This document shows, in pieces, positions 49,213 through 58,615 of a stretch of DNA of 64,000 nucleotides (within the stretch, counting starts at the first letter, position 1; each line of letters begins with the position of its first letter). Below the pieces are notes generated by a model. That model saw only the letters and a list, made by a program, of their open reading frames with translations, was not told the DNA's origin and searched no databases. The stretch is from Thermoplasmata archaeon (GTDB lineage: Archaea; Thermoplasmatota; E2; DHVEG-1), in contig JAHWGK010000001.1 in assembly GCA_020054495.1 (NCBI GenBank), positions 19,048 through 83,047 on the forward strand. Reading direction: 5' to 3'. Both the position numbers and the translations under genes were made by a program.

Positions 49213-49674
49213 CTACTGTAAACCTAGAATGTATCTAAACACTGGAAAGGCATTGGGGAATTTTTCTAATATTATTTGTACAAAGTTGAATTGTGGAGCA
49301 TTAATTTGACGAGGGGAGCCATAGCTTACAGTAAAAGACCATTCATCATTCATTTGGTCTTCTCCATTAGTATCTATTGCCCTAATCCTCAAAAAATACT
49401 TATTTCCCTTTTTCAAATCTCCATAATCTTGAGGAAGATTTTCATATGCTATTTGTGTTTGACTTCCATGATAGAGGGCAATTGTTACAATAAGCTCACC
49501 ATTTACGTACAGATCCCTTATATCATATAATATATGCTCTAAAGTTTGTTCCATGAACCAGATCTCGTACATTACACGGTCACCGCTGTTTGTATCTCTC
49601 TCCCCCCCTGCCCATGTTAGATCAATAGCTTCTGGGCTGGAGTCTACTTTATTAGATAAGAAAGTTTTATAAAC
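49213..49674 (-). pseudogene. 5'-truncated remnant of a secreted protein (FN3-like domain plus C-terminal amphipathic tail)
   Basis: Frame stays open 34 codons upstream of ATG 49572 (IDLTWAGGERDTNSGDRVMYEIWF) to a stop, with no start or signal peptide; later KYFLRIRAID...WSFT and LEKFPNAFPVFRYILGL. Confidence 0.55.
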
Positions 49675-49713
49675 TTATATTCTAACTATTATTAAATAGA
49701 AGGATTAAAAAAT

Positions 49714-51090
49714 ATGAAAAAAACCATTATTAAGAAAAAAGGATTGATTTTGATAATTGGAGTGATTTTCGTTTTGGTATCTATTCAACAGATGGGTATA
49801 TTCTATACGGAGTCAGTATCTTCTATATCTACAATTGCAACAATTAATGATACCTCATCTCCAATTGTTGGTAGTTTTTCCGATTCTCACTTTTCATCAG
49901 TTAATCCTATCTATGGTGAACGTCCTTTATTATTAATTCTAATTGAATTTAGAGATCAACCTCATTCCCCTGATCATGACATCGAGCATTATAATGAATT
50001 GTTATGGGGTGAAGAAAATAATTTACAGGATTACTTTAATGAAGTTTCATATGGAAAATTTACATATGTAAAAGCAGGAATTTTAGGATGGTATAAGTCA
50101 ACTTGTAGTATTAACTTATATAGACTCAATTTTCATTATTATACAAATATTATAGCAAGACAAGGTTTTAAAAAAGCTGCTCAGGATCAGAGTTTTAATT
50201 TTGTTCAATATGATAAAAATGGTGATCAAATAATAACACCTGATGAGCTTTCTATTTTTGTAGTTGTCACTAATTCAAATAAAAAATTAACTTATGCGTA
50301 TACCAAAAGGATTGACAATAAATTAAAGATGTTTGATCAAGTAAAAACATGGGATGGTGTTTTTTTAAAATTAAGATATTGTGGAGTTCCAGAAGATTGG
50401 CATATGCGTATTTATGCTCATGAACTTGGACATACACTTGATCTTCCAGATCTTTACGATCTGCATTTTATCCCCACTGGAAATTCAAATGGAATTGGTA
50501 ACTACTGTGTAATGAATCCACATCCTGAGCCAAATGATCCTGTACATTTTTGTGCTTGGTCAAAAATAAAACTAGGGTGGATAGACCCTGTTGTTATCTC
50601 CGAGGACGGATATTATGAAATCCACGACATAGAAAGACACCCAGAGGCATATATAATTCGAAATCCAACACATTCAACCTCTGAATATTTTTTAGTTGAA
50701 AATCGTCAAAGAATAGGATTTGATGAACAAATACCTGATACAGGAATTGTAATATATCACATAGATGAATCCAGGCTAAGTAGGTATTATGGGGGGAAAA
50801 AAATCGTCTTGTTAGGTGACAACAAGGATGAAACACATAAATTAGTAGATCTTGAGTGTGCTGATAGTCCCTCATCACATTTTATCAATGCTGATGATTT
50901 AGATACAGGAAAAAATTTTGGAGATGGCTATGATCTATGGGATAAAAATGAATATGTTTTTCATGATGATTCTATTCCTTGTAATTCCCGTTGGTATGAT
51001 GGTATTAAGAGTGGAATATCTATAGAAGTTTTATCAGAGTCAAATAATACTATGGGAGTTTATTTTTCAATAAATGGGTATAGTCCATAA
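49714..51090 (+). CDS. Secreted M6-family (immune inhibitor A-like) metalloprotease
   Basis: Signal peptide; YFNEVSYG, HELGHTLDLPDLYD, WSKIKLGW, EYFLVENRQ..GFD. Confidence 0.88.
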   Translation: MKKTIIKKKGLILIIGVIFVLVSIQQMGIFYTESVSSISTIATINDTSSPIVGSFSDSHFSSVNPIYGERPLLLILIEFRDQPHSPDHDIEHYNELLWGEENNLQDYFNEVSYGKFTYVKAGILGWYKSTCSINLYRLNFHYYTNIIARQGFKKAAQDQSFNFVQYDKNGDQIITPDELSIFVVVTNSNKKLTYAYTKRIDNKLKMFDQVKTWDGVFLKLRYCGVPEDWHMRIYAHELGHTLDLPDLYDLHFIPTGNSNGIGNYCVMNPHPEPNDPVHFCAWSKIKLGWIDPVVISEDGYYEIHDIERHPEAYIIRNPTHSTSEYFLVENRQRIGFDEQIPDTGIVIYHIDESRLSRYYGGKKIVLLGDNKDETHKLVDLECADSPSSHFINADDLDTGKNFGDGYDLWDKNEYVFHDDSIPCNSRWYDGIKSGISIEVLSESNNTMGVYFSINGYSP

Positions 51091-51134
51091 GAAAATACAA
51101 TAAAAAAAGTAATAATAGAGACGCTATTACTCTT

Positions 51135-51989
51135 TTGTTAATAGGTGTAAAATTGAAAACAAAAGATGTGAAAATAGCAGTTCTAAGAATAGAAGGAACA
51201 AACTGTGAACAAGAATCCTACGATGCTTTCAAAAGACTTGGAGCAAATCCAGAGTTTGTACATTTAAAACAACTTTTGAATATTGACTGTAATAAAGATG
51301 AAAAACGCGATGTTTTTGATTATCAATGCCTGATGATTCCTGGAGGTTTTTCTGCTGGCGATTATATTAGAGGTGGCGCTATTTTTGCTGCAAGAATCAA
51401 AAGTAAGCTAGATAAAGATCTAGTAGAGTATGTAAAGCAAGAATATCCTGTACTAGGTGTATGTAATGGTTTTCAAGTGCTAATAGAGCTTGGTTTTTTA
51501 CCTGGAATTGAAAAAATTGTTACTCCAGTTCCAGACGCTTGCTTAAGTATAAATGATTCTAATAGATTTGAATGCCGACCAACTTTACTTAAACATGAAA
51601 ATAATGGAAAATGTGTATTTACCTCAAAAATCCCAAAAAATGATATTAGATTAATTCCTACTGCTAACGCTGAGGGGAAATTGTTATTTCCTCTTAATAA
51701 ACAAGAGGATTATCTAAAAAAATTAGAAAAAAATGACCAAATTGTTTTTCGTTATGTCGATCCTGATGGAAATTATTCAGGGCATCCATGGAACCCTAAT
51801 GGCTCGATATCTAATATTGCAGGTATTTGTAATTACATTGGAAATGTTTTTGGCATGATGCCGCATCCTGAGAGAACGTTTTATCGGCATCAGCATCCTG
51901 ATTGGACAGAAACTGGAATAAATGATGACTTAGGTGATGGTAAGGCTGTGTTTGAATCTGTTTTAGATTATATTTGTAAAAGGTTCTAG
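51135..51989 (+). CDS. purQ: Phosphoribosylformylglycinamidine synthase glutaminase subunit
   Basis: EGTNCE, PGGFSAGDY, GVCNGFQ, NPNGS, GMMPHPER. Confidence 0.93.
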   Translation: MLIGVKLKTKDVKIAVLRIEGTNCEQESYDAFKRLGANPEFVHLKQLLNIDCNKDEKRDVFDYQCLMIPGGFSAGDYIRGGAIFAARIKSKLDKDLVEYVKQEYPVLGVCNGFQVLIELGFLPGIEKIVTPVPDACLSINDSNRFECRPTLLKHENNGKCVFTSKIPKNDIRLIPTANAEGKLLFPLNKQEDYLKKLEKNDQIVFRYVDPDGNYSGHPWNPNGSISNIAGICNYIGNVFGMMPHPERTFYRHQHPDWTETGINDDLGDGKAVFESVLDYICKRF

Positions 51990-51990
51990 T

Positions 51991-52401
51991 ATGCCAAAAG
52001 TTGCAACTTGTTTGTTGATTAATGATGAGGGAAAACTGCTTATTTTGAAGAGGAGTGAAAAAGTTAGAACATATAAGGGTTTATGGGGTGGCATTACAGG
52101 TTACATTGAGGAAAATGAAACGCCTTATGAAACAGCTATTAAGGAGATAAAAGAGGAAGTTGGGATTAAAAAAGAAGATGTTAGTCTTATTAAAACATTA
52201 GATCCTATTGAATTTACAGATTTTTATAGAAGAGAGCAATACGATTGGATAATATTTCCATTTATATTTAAGGTTAATAAAAAGGGTAAAATAAATATAG
52301 ACTGGGAGCATTTAGAATATTGGTGGATACTGCCTTCAGAAATTGAAAAATACGATACGGTTCCACTTTTAAAAGACATCGTGTCTAAGTTATTTATGTA
52401 A
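51991..52401 (+). CDS. NUDIX hydrolase
   Basis: Nudix box GYIEENETPYETAIKEIKEEVG; LILKRS, DWEH. Confidence 0.88.
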   Translation: MPKVATCLLINDEGKLLILKRSEKVRTYKGLWGGITGYIEENETPYETAIKEIKEEVGIKKEDVSLIKTLDPIEFTDFYRREQYDWIIFPFIFKVNKKGKINIDWEHLEYWWILPSEIEKYDTVPLLKDIVSKLFM

Positions 52402-52404
52402 GAG

Positions 52405-52476
52405 TTTCGGATGGGGAAGTCGTGGAGGTGGTGAGGAGAGATAGGAAAAAATTAGGATAACTCCCCCATCCTATAC
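52405..52476 (-). ncRNA. Candidate small hairpin RNA
   Basis: 12-bp stem GGAUGGGGGAGU/ACUUCCCCAUCC (one G-U on minus strand), C/U-rich loop, BRE-TATA-like AAAAAGTTTTATATA about 25 nt upstream on minus strand. Confidence 0.45.
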
Positions 52477-52517
52477 ATTATAATAGTTTTGTTAGTATAT
52501 AAAACTTTTTATATAAA

Positions 52518-52537
52518 TTATCGATAATTGTCGATAA
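52518..52537. promoter_or_regulatory. Near-perfect 20-bp palindrome, putative operator
   Basis: TTATCGATAATTGTCGATAA (18/20 symmetric). Confidence 0.35.
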
Positions 52538-52622
52538 AAAATGCTATATGTTACAGGTTGTTATAAAACATAACAAAAATTCGGAAAAACGTAAAAAAAA
52601 TTTCAATGGTTATTGTCCCTTC

Positions 52623-53516
52623 TTACCTATAAACTAGAATTACCGGAAGTAAAAATGCAAGTAAACCTATAAAAATCGCAATTAATGTAAATTTTCGATA
52701 AAGTTTCAGATGCGGTTTCTTCTTTATAATTAAATGTATAGATGCACTAAGGAGCATGGTATCAGTTACAAAAACCAGAGCAAGATAGTAATAATTTAGG
52801 TAATAAATCTCAAATGTTTCCATGAAAAACGGAAGAAAACTCAAAGCAATTGCAATTATATAAAAGAATGCTGCAAGGATGTTTGACTTTCGGGAACCAA
52901 TATATTTTGGAAATGATTTGACGCCTTTTTCCTTGTCTCCTTGAAAATCCATCACATCTTTCATGATTTCTCGTCCGGACCCAGCAAGAAATGCAATAAG
53001 TGCAATGACATAAATTGCAGGATGAATTTCAAATTGGAGTGTGCTGCCTTCAATTACTGCAACCCCTCCAAAAATAAATGGAATTGCCATGATATAAGCT
53101 ATATAGAAATTTCCAATCAACTTTATCTTTTTCATTTTTGTATCATATAAAATAGCAAGGAGGGCTGTAATCAAGGCAATTATGAAACAAGCCAAATTTA
53201 CAAAATATGAACAAATAATTCCGAGAGGGAAAAATATGAAAAACAAGTACAGCGCTGATTTTGGAGACAAATCTCCACGAACTAGTGGCCTGTCTTCTCT
53301 TTTGTTTCTCTTATCTATTTCTAAATCACAGTAATCATTCAAGGCAAATGTACTTGCCTCAAGAAATAAAGCAGTAAAAAAAGTAAGTATGAACTTATCA
53401 AAGGAGGGCAATCCCTGTCCTTTTAGTGCTATTAATGAACCAATTAGTATTGCTATAGCAATCATTACCCCATGCTCTAGTCGCATGAGCTCCCAGATTG
53501 CTTTGATTTTTTTCAT
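52623..53516 (-). CDS. UbiA prenyltransferase, digeranylgeranylglyceryl phosphate synthase-like
   Basis: NDYCDLEIDKRNKREDRPLVRG, GN..IA, REIMKDVMDFQGD; multiple TM segments. Confidence 0.85.
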   Translation of the reverse strand: MKKIKAIWELMRLEHGVMIAIAILIGSLIALKGQGLPSFDKFILTFFTALFLEASTFALNDYCDLEIDKRNKREDRPLVRGDLSPKSALYLFFIFFPLGIICSYFVNLACFIIALITALLAILYDTKMKKIKLIGNFYIAYIMAIPFIFGGVAVIEGSTLQFEIHPAIYVIALIAFLAGSGREIMKDVMDFQGDKEKGVKSFPKYIGSRKSNILAAFFYIIAIALSFLPFFMETFEIYYLNYYYLALVFVTDTMLLSASIHLIIKKKPHLKLYRKFTLIAIFIGLLAFLLPVILVYR

Positions 53517-53638
53517 AACTCTCTGGAATAAAACTGTTTATTAAATCTTTTTGATAAGAAATCATGTTTGTTATTTTTATAAAAAGTTTTTACAACATAT
53601 ATTTAATTACATTTTTATTTTGGAATAGGTGGTTTGAG

Positions 53639-54322
53639 ATGGAATATAAAATATCAGGAAATAATTTACAGCTGGTAACTATTCAAATAAACCCTCAGGA
53701 AAAAATCTTTGCTGAAGCAGGATCAATGGTTTACATGAGTGGAAATGTAAACATGGAGGCAAAAATAAGAGGGGGGCTTATGAAAGGAATAGGCAGGAAA
53801 TTTATGGGAGAAACAGCCTTTTTAGCAGAATACACCTCTCAAGGTGGAACTGGTATGGTTTCATTTGGCGGGAAAACACCAGGAACAATAAAGACTTTAG
53901 ATATTACACCTGGCAAAGATTTTTTTGCACAAAAAGATGCTTTTTTAGTTGCGGAAGATACAATTGAAATGAGTGTAGCATTTCAGAAAAAACTTGGATC
54001 TGGTTTATTTGGCGGTGAGGGATTTATAATTCAAAAATATTCTGGAGAAGGAAAAATGTGGATCCATGCAAGTGGAGATTTTATTGAATTTGATCTTCAA
54101 CCAGATCAGACTTTGAAAGTTGATACAGGAAGTGTTGTTGGTTGGGACACAACTATCACATATGATATTGAAAGGGTGAAAGGTGTTAAGACAATGTTCT
54201 TTGGTGGGGAAGGGATATTTTTAACTAAATTAAGAGGTCCTGGAAAAATAATAATTCAATCTCTTAATGTAAGAGAGCTAGCATTAGCATTAATGCCTTA
54301 TATGCCAAGAAATACTTCATAA
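53639..54322 (+). CDS. TIGR00266/AIM24 family protein
   Basis: AEAGSMVYM, QKDAFL, GLFGGEGF, VDTGSVV, FFGGEGIF, GPGKIIIQS. Confidence 0.88.
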   Translation: MEYKISGNNLQLVTIQINPQEKIFAEAGSMVYMSGNVNMEAKIRGGLMKGIGRKFMGETAFLAEYTSQGGTGMVSFGGKTPGTIKTLDITPGKDFFAQKDAFLVAEDTIEMSVAFQKKLGSGLFGGEGFIIQKYSGEGKMWIHASGDFIEFDLQPDQTLKVDTGSVVGWDTTITYDIERVKGVKTMFFGGEGIFLTKLRGPGKIIIQSLNVRELALALMPYMPRNTS

Positions 54323-54344
54323 ACCGAATAGTTGAGATGAAAAG

Positions 54345-54617
54345 ATGATTAAAGGAGCAATAGCTGCTATTATTGGCGCAGTTGTAGTCGCACTAATTGT
54401 TTTAGGCATTATTCTTTTATTTTTTACAGAATTAATAGTTTGGTTAGCTGCTCTTTTTTTTGCATGGATTTTCATAGGAGCTCTAATTGTATTTCTTATT
54501 GCTTTCATTATTGCATTTATCACTTTTTTTGCTTTTTTTTATTACCTAGCTGAGAAAAAACCAGAAATAAAACCAGGCGAGTATAAATTAGAAAAAGAGA
54601 AAGGTAAACACGAATAA
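54345..54617 (+). CDS. Small membrane protein
   Basis: Long hydrophobic stretch (about 2 TM) and charged tail. Confidence 0.6.
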   Translation: MIKGAIAAIIGAVVVALIVLGIILLFFTELIVWLAALFFAWIFIGALIVFLIAFIIAFITFFAFFYYLAEKKPEIKPGEYKLEKEKGKHE

Positions 54618-54644
54618 AATTTTATTTCATCAAATTCTTTTTTC

Positions 54645-55679
54645 TTATTTTTGTGGTTCGATGATTATTTTTATAGAATTTTTTGCCTGAGCTGCAAGTT
54701 TGAATCCCTCAGATGCGCTTCCAAGAGGGAATCTATGAGTAATCATATCTGTTACTACCATTTTTTTTGTTCTAATAATCTCTATTGCTTCTTCAAGATC
54801 TCTTGGTGCTCCAGCATATGTTGAAACCATTTTGACTTGCTTGTTCCATAAATCAAATAATGGAAATGGTATATCTACGCCAGGTTCTGTTGGTGCAAAA
54901 AAGAGAATTGTACCTCCAGCTTGAACTGATTCTATTGCTTGTTTTACAGCAGAGGGGACACCTGCACATAATATGACAATGTCTGCAAATTTTCCATCAT
55001 TATGTTTTTTTATTTCTTCAGCTACATTTTCTTTTGCATTAATTACGATATCTGCACCCATTTTTTTCGCAGTTTTTAATCTAAAATCGTCAATATCGGT
55101 AGCAAATATCTTACTTGCACCCATTGCTTTAGCTAGTTTAATGTTTAGGAGGCCTGCAACGCCGCTTCCAATGACGAGAACGCTTTGATTTGACTTCATT
55201 TCCACTATTCTCATACCTCTAACAACACAGGCCAGTGGTTCAATGAATGCTCCTTCTTCGTAAGACATTTCCTTTGGTAGAACAAATGCACCACGGTCTA
55301 CGTTAATCTCTGGAACTCTTAGACATTCTGCAAAACCTCCAGGGTAGAAATTTGTGGAATGCAATGTTTTACAAAGAGTATGTTGATCGTTTTCACAAAA
55401 ACTACAGGTATTACAAGGAACATGATGTGAGACGAAAACTCTATCTCCAACTTTGAATTCTTTTACGTTTTTTCCTACTTTAATAATATCTCCTGCTATT
55501 TCATGACCAAGTACTCTTGGAGCTTTTTTTAGGCGGTACCATTCCATCACATCACTGCCACATATACCGCATGCCTTGACTTTTACAAGGAGTTCATTAT
55601 CATCTATTTCAGGTATCGGCATTTCTTCCATTCGTACATCGTTATTGCTGTAATACATTGCAACGCGCATTTTTTCCAT
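54645..55679 (-). CDS. Zinc-dependent alcohol/polyol dehydrogenase (MDR)
   Basis: CGICGSD, GHE, CNTCSFC...C, EPLAC, GSGVAG. Confidence 0.92.
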   Translation of the reverse strand: MEKMRVAMYYSNNDVRMEEMPIPEIDDNELLVKVKACGICGSDVMEWYRLKKAPRVLGHEIAGDIIKVGKNVKEFKVGDRVFVSHHVPCNTCSFCENDQHTLCKTLHSTNFYPGGFAECLRVPEINVDRGAFVLPKEMSYEEGAFIEPLACVVRGMRIVEMKSNQSVLVIGSGVAGLLNIKLAKAMGASKIFATDIDDFRLKTAKKMGADIVINAKENVAEEIKKHNDGKFADIVILCAGVPSAVKQAIESVQAGGTILFFAPTEPGVDIPFPLFDLWNKQVKMVSTYAGAPRDLEEAIEIIRTKKMVVTDMITHRFPLGSASEGFKLAAQAKNSIKIIIEPQK

Positions 55680-55771
55680 ATTTTAAACCAATCTCTGTTA
55701 TTGATAGGTCTTTAAAAGAGTTTATGACAAAAAATAAAACAAAAAAAATAATCACTATGTAAATTTCTCAC

Positions 55772-56200
55772 TCAAAATATTTCATTGGCAAATGCATCAA
55801 GTTTTTTCTCATAACCTTCTTCCAATGGGCCCTTCATACCATTTACCTTAATTCTAACGCCATCTGGAACTTTAGTCATACCTTTAGGCTGAAGTAGATT
55901 GTTAATGATTTGATGAGTTTTAGCTTTAGGATCCATGTGGGTCACCATAGTAGTGTATTTTGCTTCTTCTTGTGAAATCTCCAAATTGTTTAGGAATTTT
56001 TTCATTTTTCTAGGGGGACGACCTATGTGAGTTGGACTGCTAAAAATATATAGATCTGCTGAAGGTATGGAGTCTGGGTTTATTTCACGTATAGAAGAAG
56101 TTTCTACTGAATGACCTTTCTTCGTAATTGCCTCCGTCAAGTATTCAACACATTTTTTCCCATTTCCATATTTTGACTCATATGCAATATATACTTTCAT
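55772..56200 (-). CDS. Flavodoxin-like protein
   Basis: IAYESKYGNG, FSSPTH, GMKGPL. Confidence 0.75.
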   Translation of the reverse strand: MKVYIAYESKYGNGKKCVEYLTEAITKKGHSVETSSIREINPDSIPSADLYIFSSPTHIGRPPRKMKKFLNNLEISQEEAKYTTMVTHMDPKAKTHQIINNLLQPKGMTKVPDGVRIKVNGMKGPLEEGYEKKLDAFANEIF

Positions 56201-56269
56201 TATAGTTCCCCTAAACTTTAAATAATTAGCCATATAAAAAGTCAATCTTTCAAGTAATAGTCAAAAAAT

Positions 56270-57184
56270 TTACATTGATCTAAGTCGTCTGACCCTTTCG
56301 TCTATTGGCGGGTGTGTAGCCCAAATAGATCCCCGATCTGATGCTGATCTTTTAAATGGGTTTGCAATATAGAGAGGAGCAACAGTTTTTGATCCTTTAG
56401 GTTTTCCCTTAGGGTGATCTCCTTTAATTCTCTCCAATGCTTTTGCAAGTCCTTCAGGGTTTCTAGTTAAATAAGCGCCATTAGAATCGGCAAGATATTC
56501 TCTTTTTCTAGAGATTGCAAGATATGTGAGCCTTGAAAAAATCGGAGCTAAAATAACAAGAAGAATTGCTATAACGATGAGAATTGCATTACCTTCGCCT
56601 TTTCTACCTCTTCCAGCTCCGCCCCAGAAAAGTGAGTAGAATAAAATTTCAGATATTAAAGCAATCGCACCAACTACGGCTATTGTAACAGTCATTATGA
56701 GAATATCATTATTTTTAATATGGCTCATTTCATGTGCCATTACGCCTTCTAGTTCATCCGGTTTTAACTTTCGAAGTGCCCCTGTTGTAGCGCAAATAAC
56801 TGCATTTTCTGGTTTTTTTCCAGTTGCAAATGCGTTTATATTGTCAGAATCTTGAACATAAACCTTTGGCATAGGTATTCCTGCCGCAATTGCCATCTCA
56901 TCAACTTTGTGGATCAGTAATTTTTCTTCGCGAATGTTAGGATTTGCTGGTCTTGCTTTTGCTGCTGAAAGCACTGTTTGAACTGAGATAGAATACGTGA
57001 TTGCAATGTATCCAATTGCAATTGGAAGGCCAAAGGCTAGTGAGATGAAAATGTTTCCATTAAAAAGGATGTATCCTATTGCAAAGACAACACCTAAGAA
57101 CAAAATAGCCATAAAAGTACATATGACTATTGTTAAGCGTTTGTTTCTTCTAATATGATCTTCTACAAGTAATCGTTTTTCCAT
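56270..57184 (-). CDS. htpX: HtpX-like M48 membrane zinc protease
   Basis: NAFATG, ELEGVMAHEMSH, SRKREYLAD, THPPIDERV. Confidence 0.92.
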   Translation of the reverse strand: MEKRLLVEDHIRRNKRLTIVICTFMAILFLGVVFAIGYILFNGNIFISLAFGLPIAIGYIAITYSISVQTVLSAAKARPANPNIREEKLLIHKVDEMAIAAGIPMPKVYVQDSDNINAFATGKKPENAVICATTGALRKLKPDELEGVMAHEMSHIKNNDILIMTVTIAVVGAIALISEILFYSLFWGGAGRGRKGEGNAILIVIAILLVILAPIFSRLTYLAISRKREYLADSNGAYLTRNPEGLAKALERIKGDHPKGKPKGSKTVAPLYIANPFKRSASDRGSIWATHPPIDERVRRLRSM

Positions 57185-57206
57185 AATACCAAACGTTTAA
57201 ATTTTT

Positions 57207-57764
57207 TTAGAATTTTACTTTTGGCAGTTCTTTAGCAGCTTCAGGTATCTGTAGCATTTCTCTTGTCTTTCGTCCCATTCTCTTGGCAAACCAAACTCCA
57301 GGGAATGTTTCAATTGTATTATTAAACGCAAGTACAGAATCATTGAAGTGCTGTCTTGAATAAGCAATTTTATTTTCAGTATTTGTGAGTTCATCCTGCA
57401 AGTTCAAGAAATTCTGATTAGCTTTTAGATCTGGATAATTCTCAGAAACAGCAAAAAGTGATTTTAGTGCACCTGTTAGCACATTATCAGCATCTATATT
57501 TTCTTGTGGAGATTTTGCACTCATAAGTGCAGAACGAGCTTTTGTAACGTTTTCAAGAACTTCCTTTTCGTGTTTCATATAACCTTTGACAGTTTCCATA
57601 AGGTTTGGTATTAGCTCTGCTCTTCGTCTTAATTGAACATCAATTTGTGCCCAGGAGTTATCAATTCTATTTTCAGTTCTTATTATTTTGTTGTAAAATC
57701 CCCAATATATTAGTAAGAAAAATACAATGAGTATTACTATTATTATACCTATCCATAATAACAT
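57207..57764 (-). CDS. lemA: LemA family protein
   Basis: WAQIDVQLRRRAELIPNL, ENYPDLKANQNF, ENKIAYSRQ. Confidence 0.93.
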   Translation of the reverse strand: MLLWIGIIIVILIVFFLLIYWGFYNKIIRTENRIDNSWAQIDVQLRRRAELIPNLMETVKGYMKHEKEVLENVTKARSALMSAKSPQENIDADNVLTGALKSLFAVSENYPDLKANQNFLNLQDELTNTENKIAYSRQHFNDSVLAFNNTIETFPGVWFAKRMGRKTREMLQIPEAAKELPKVKF

Positions 57765-57897
57765 GTTTTTTGCCTCCGATTTCCTTTTTGGTGGTTAATG
57801 TTATCTTTTATATAAAGCTATCGCGTCTAAATACATAAGGTAAGTTAATCGCATTATTTATAAGTAAGACAACTATTTTTATTTTGAGGATGTTGGG

Positions 57898-58590
57898 CTG
57901 AAAAAACAGTTTGTAATATTTGCAATAACGTTTGTTTTGATATCTTTATGTTTTAGCGGATGTTTTAGTGAAAATAAAAGCAGTGACGAAGATAACGAGT
58001 TAGATAGATTTATTGGGGCCTGGTATGGATGGATATTAAATAAATCCAACAGGGAAATTTGGACTTTTTGTCAAAATAGATCAATAAAAATTGATGATTC
58101 TTGGGGGATTGAATGGGGTACTTATAGTTTAGATGGTAGTGATCTTAAAATAAAAAAACCCTTAAGTGGTTTTCCCGGTGAATATTCAACGATGTGGTAT
58201 ACTTATAAGTTTTCAGAAGATGGTAATCATTTTACATTCAAAATGTTTAGTGATGAAATTGATGGAGAATTTTATAAAAATTCGATATTTTTAGATGAAG
58301 AGGCTAGTAAACTTATTGGAAAATGGTCAAATCAAACAATCCATTGGAAAAATTCTAACGAGGCTTGGACTTATTATTGGAATTGCACTTTTTATACTAA
58401 TGGATCAATCTTAGTTGAACATAATTGGTATTATATGGATATTGATGAAATAAAATGGGATAAAAGTTGGTATTTCTATTTCATAGAGGATGAAGGTTAT
58501 TTATGCCGAGGTACTTTTTGTAGTAATTATAGTTTTACAGATGATGACAAAATTCTGAATTGGGATTTGAATTACACAAGAATTGAATGA
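57898..58590 (+). CDS. Putative lipoprotein with two beta-rich (lipocalin-like) repeats
   Basis: Extension to CTG 57898 gives (M)KKQFVIFAITFVLISLCFSGC, a signal with lipobox; repeats begin FIGAW and LIGKW. Confidence 0.65.
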   Translation: MKKQFVIFAITFVLISLCFSGCFSENKSSDEDNELDRFIGAWYGWILNKSNREIWTFCQNRSIKIDDSWGIEWGTYSLDGSDLKIKKPLSGFPGEYSTMWYTYKFSEDGNHFTFKMFSDEIDGEFYKNSIFLDEEASKLIGKWSNQTIHWKNSNEAWTYYWNCTFYTNGSILVEHNWYYMDIDEIKWDKSWYFYFIEDEGYLCRGTFCSNYSFTDDDKILNWDLNYTRIE

Positions 58591-58615
58591 TCTTTTTCCG
58601 TTGTTTTTCTACTTT

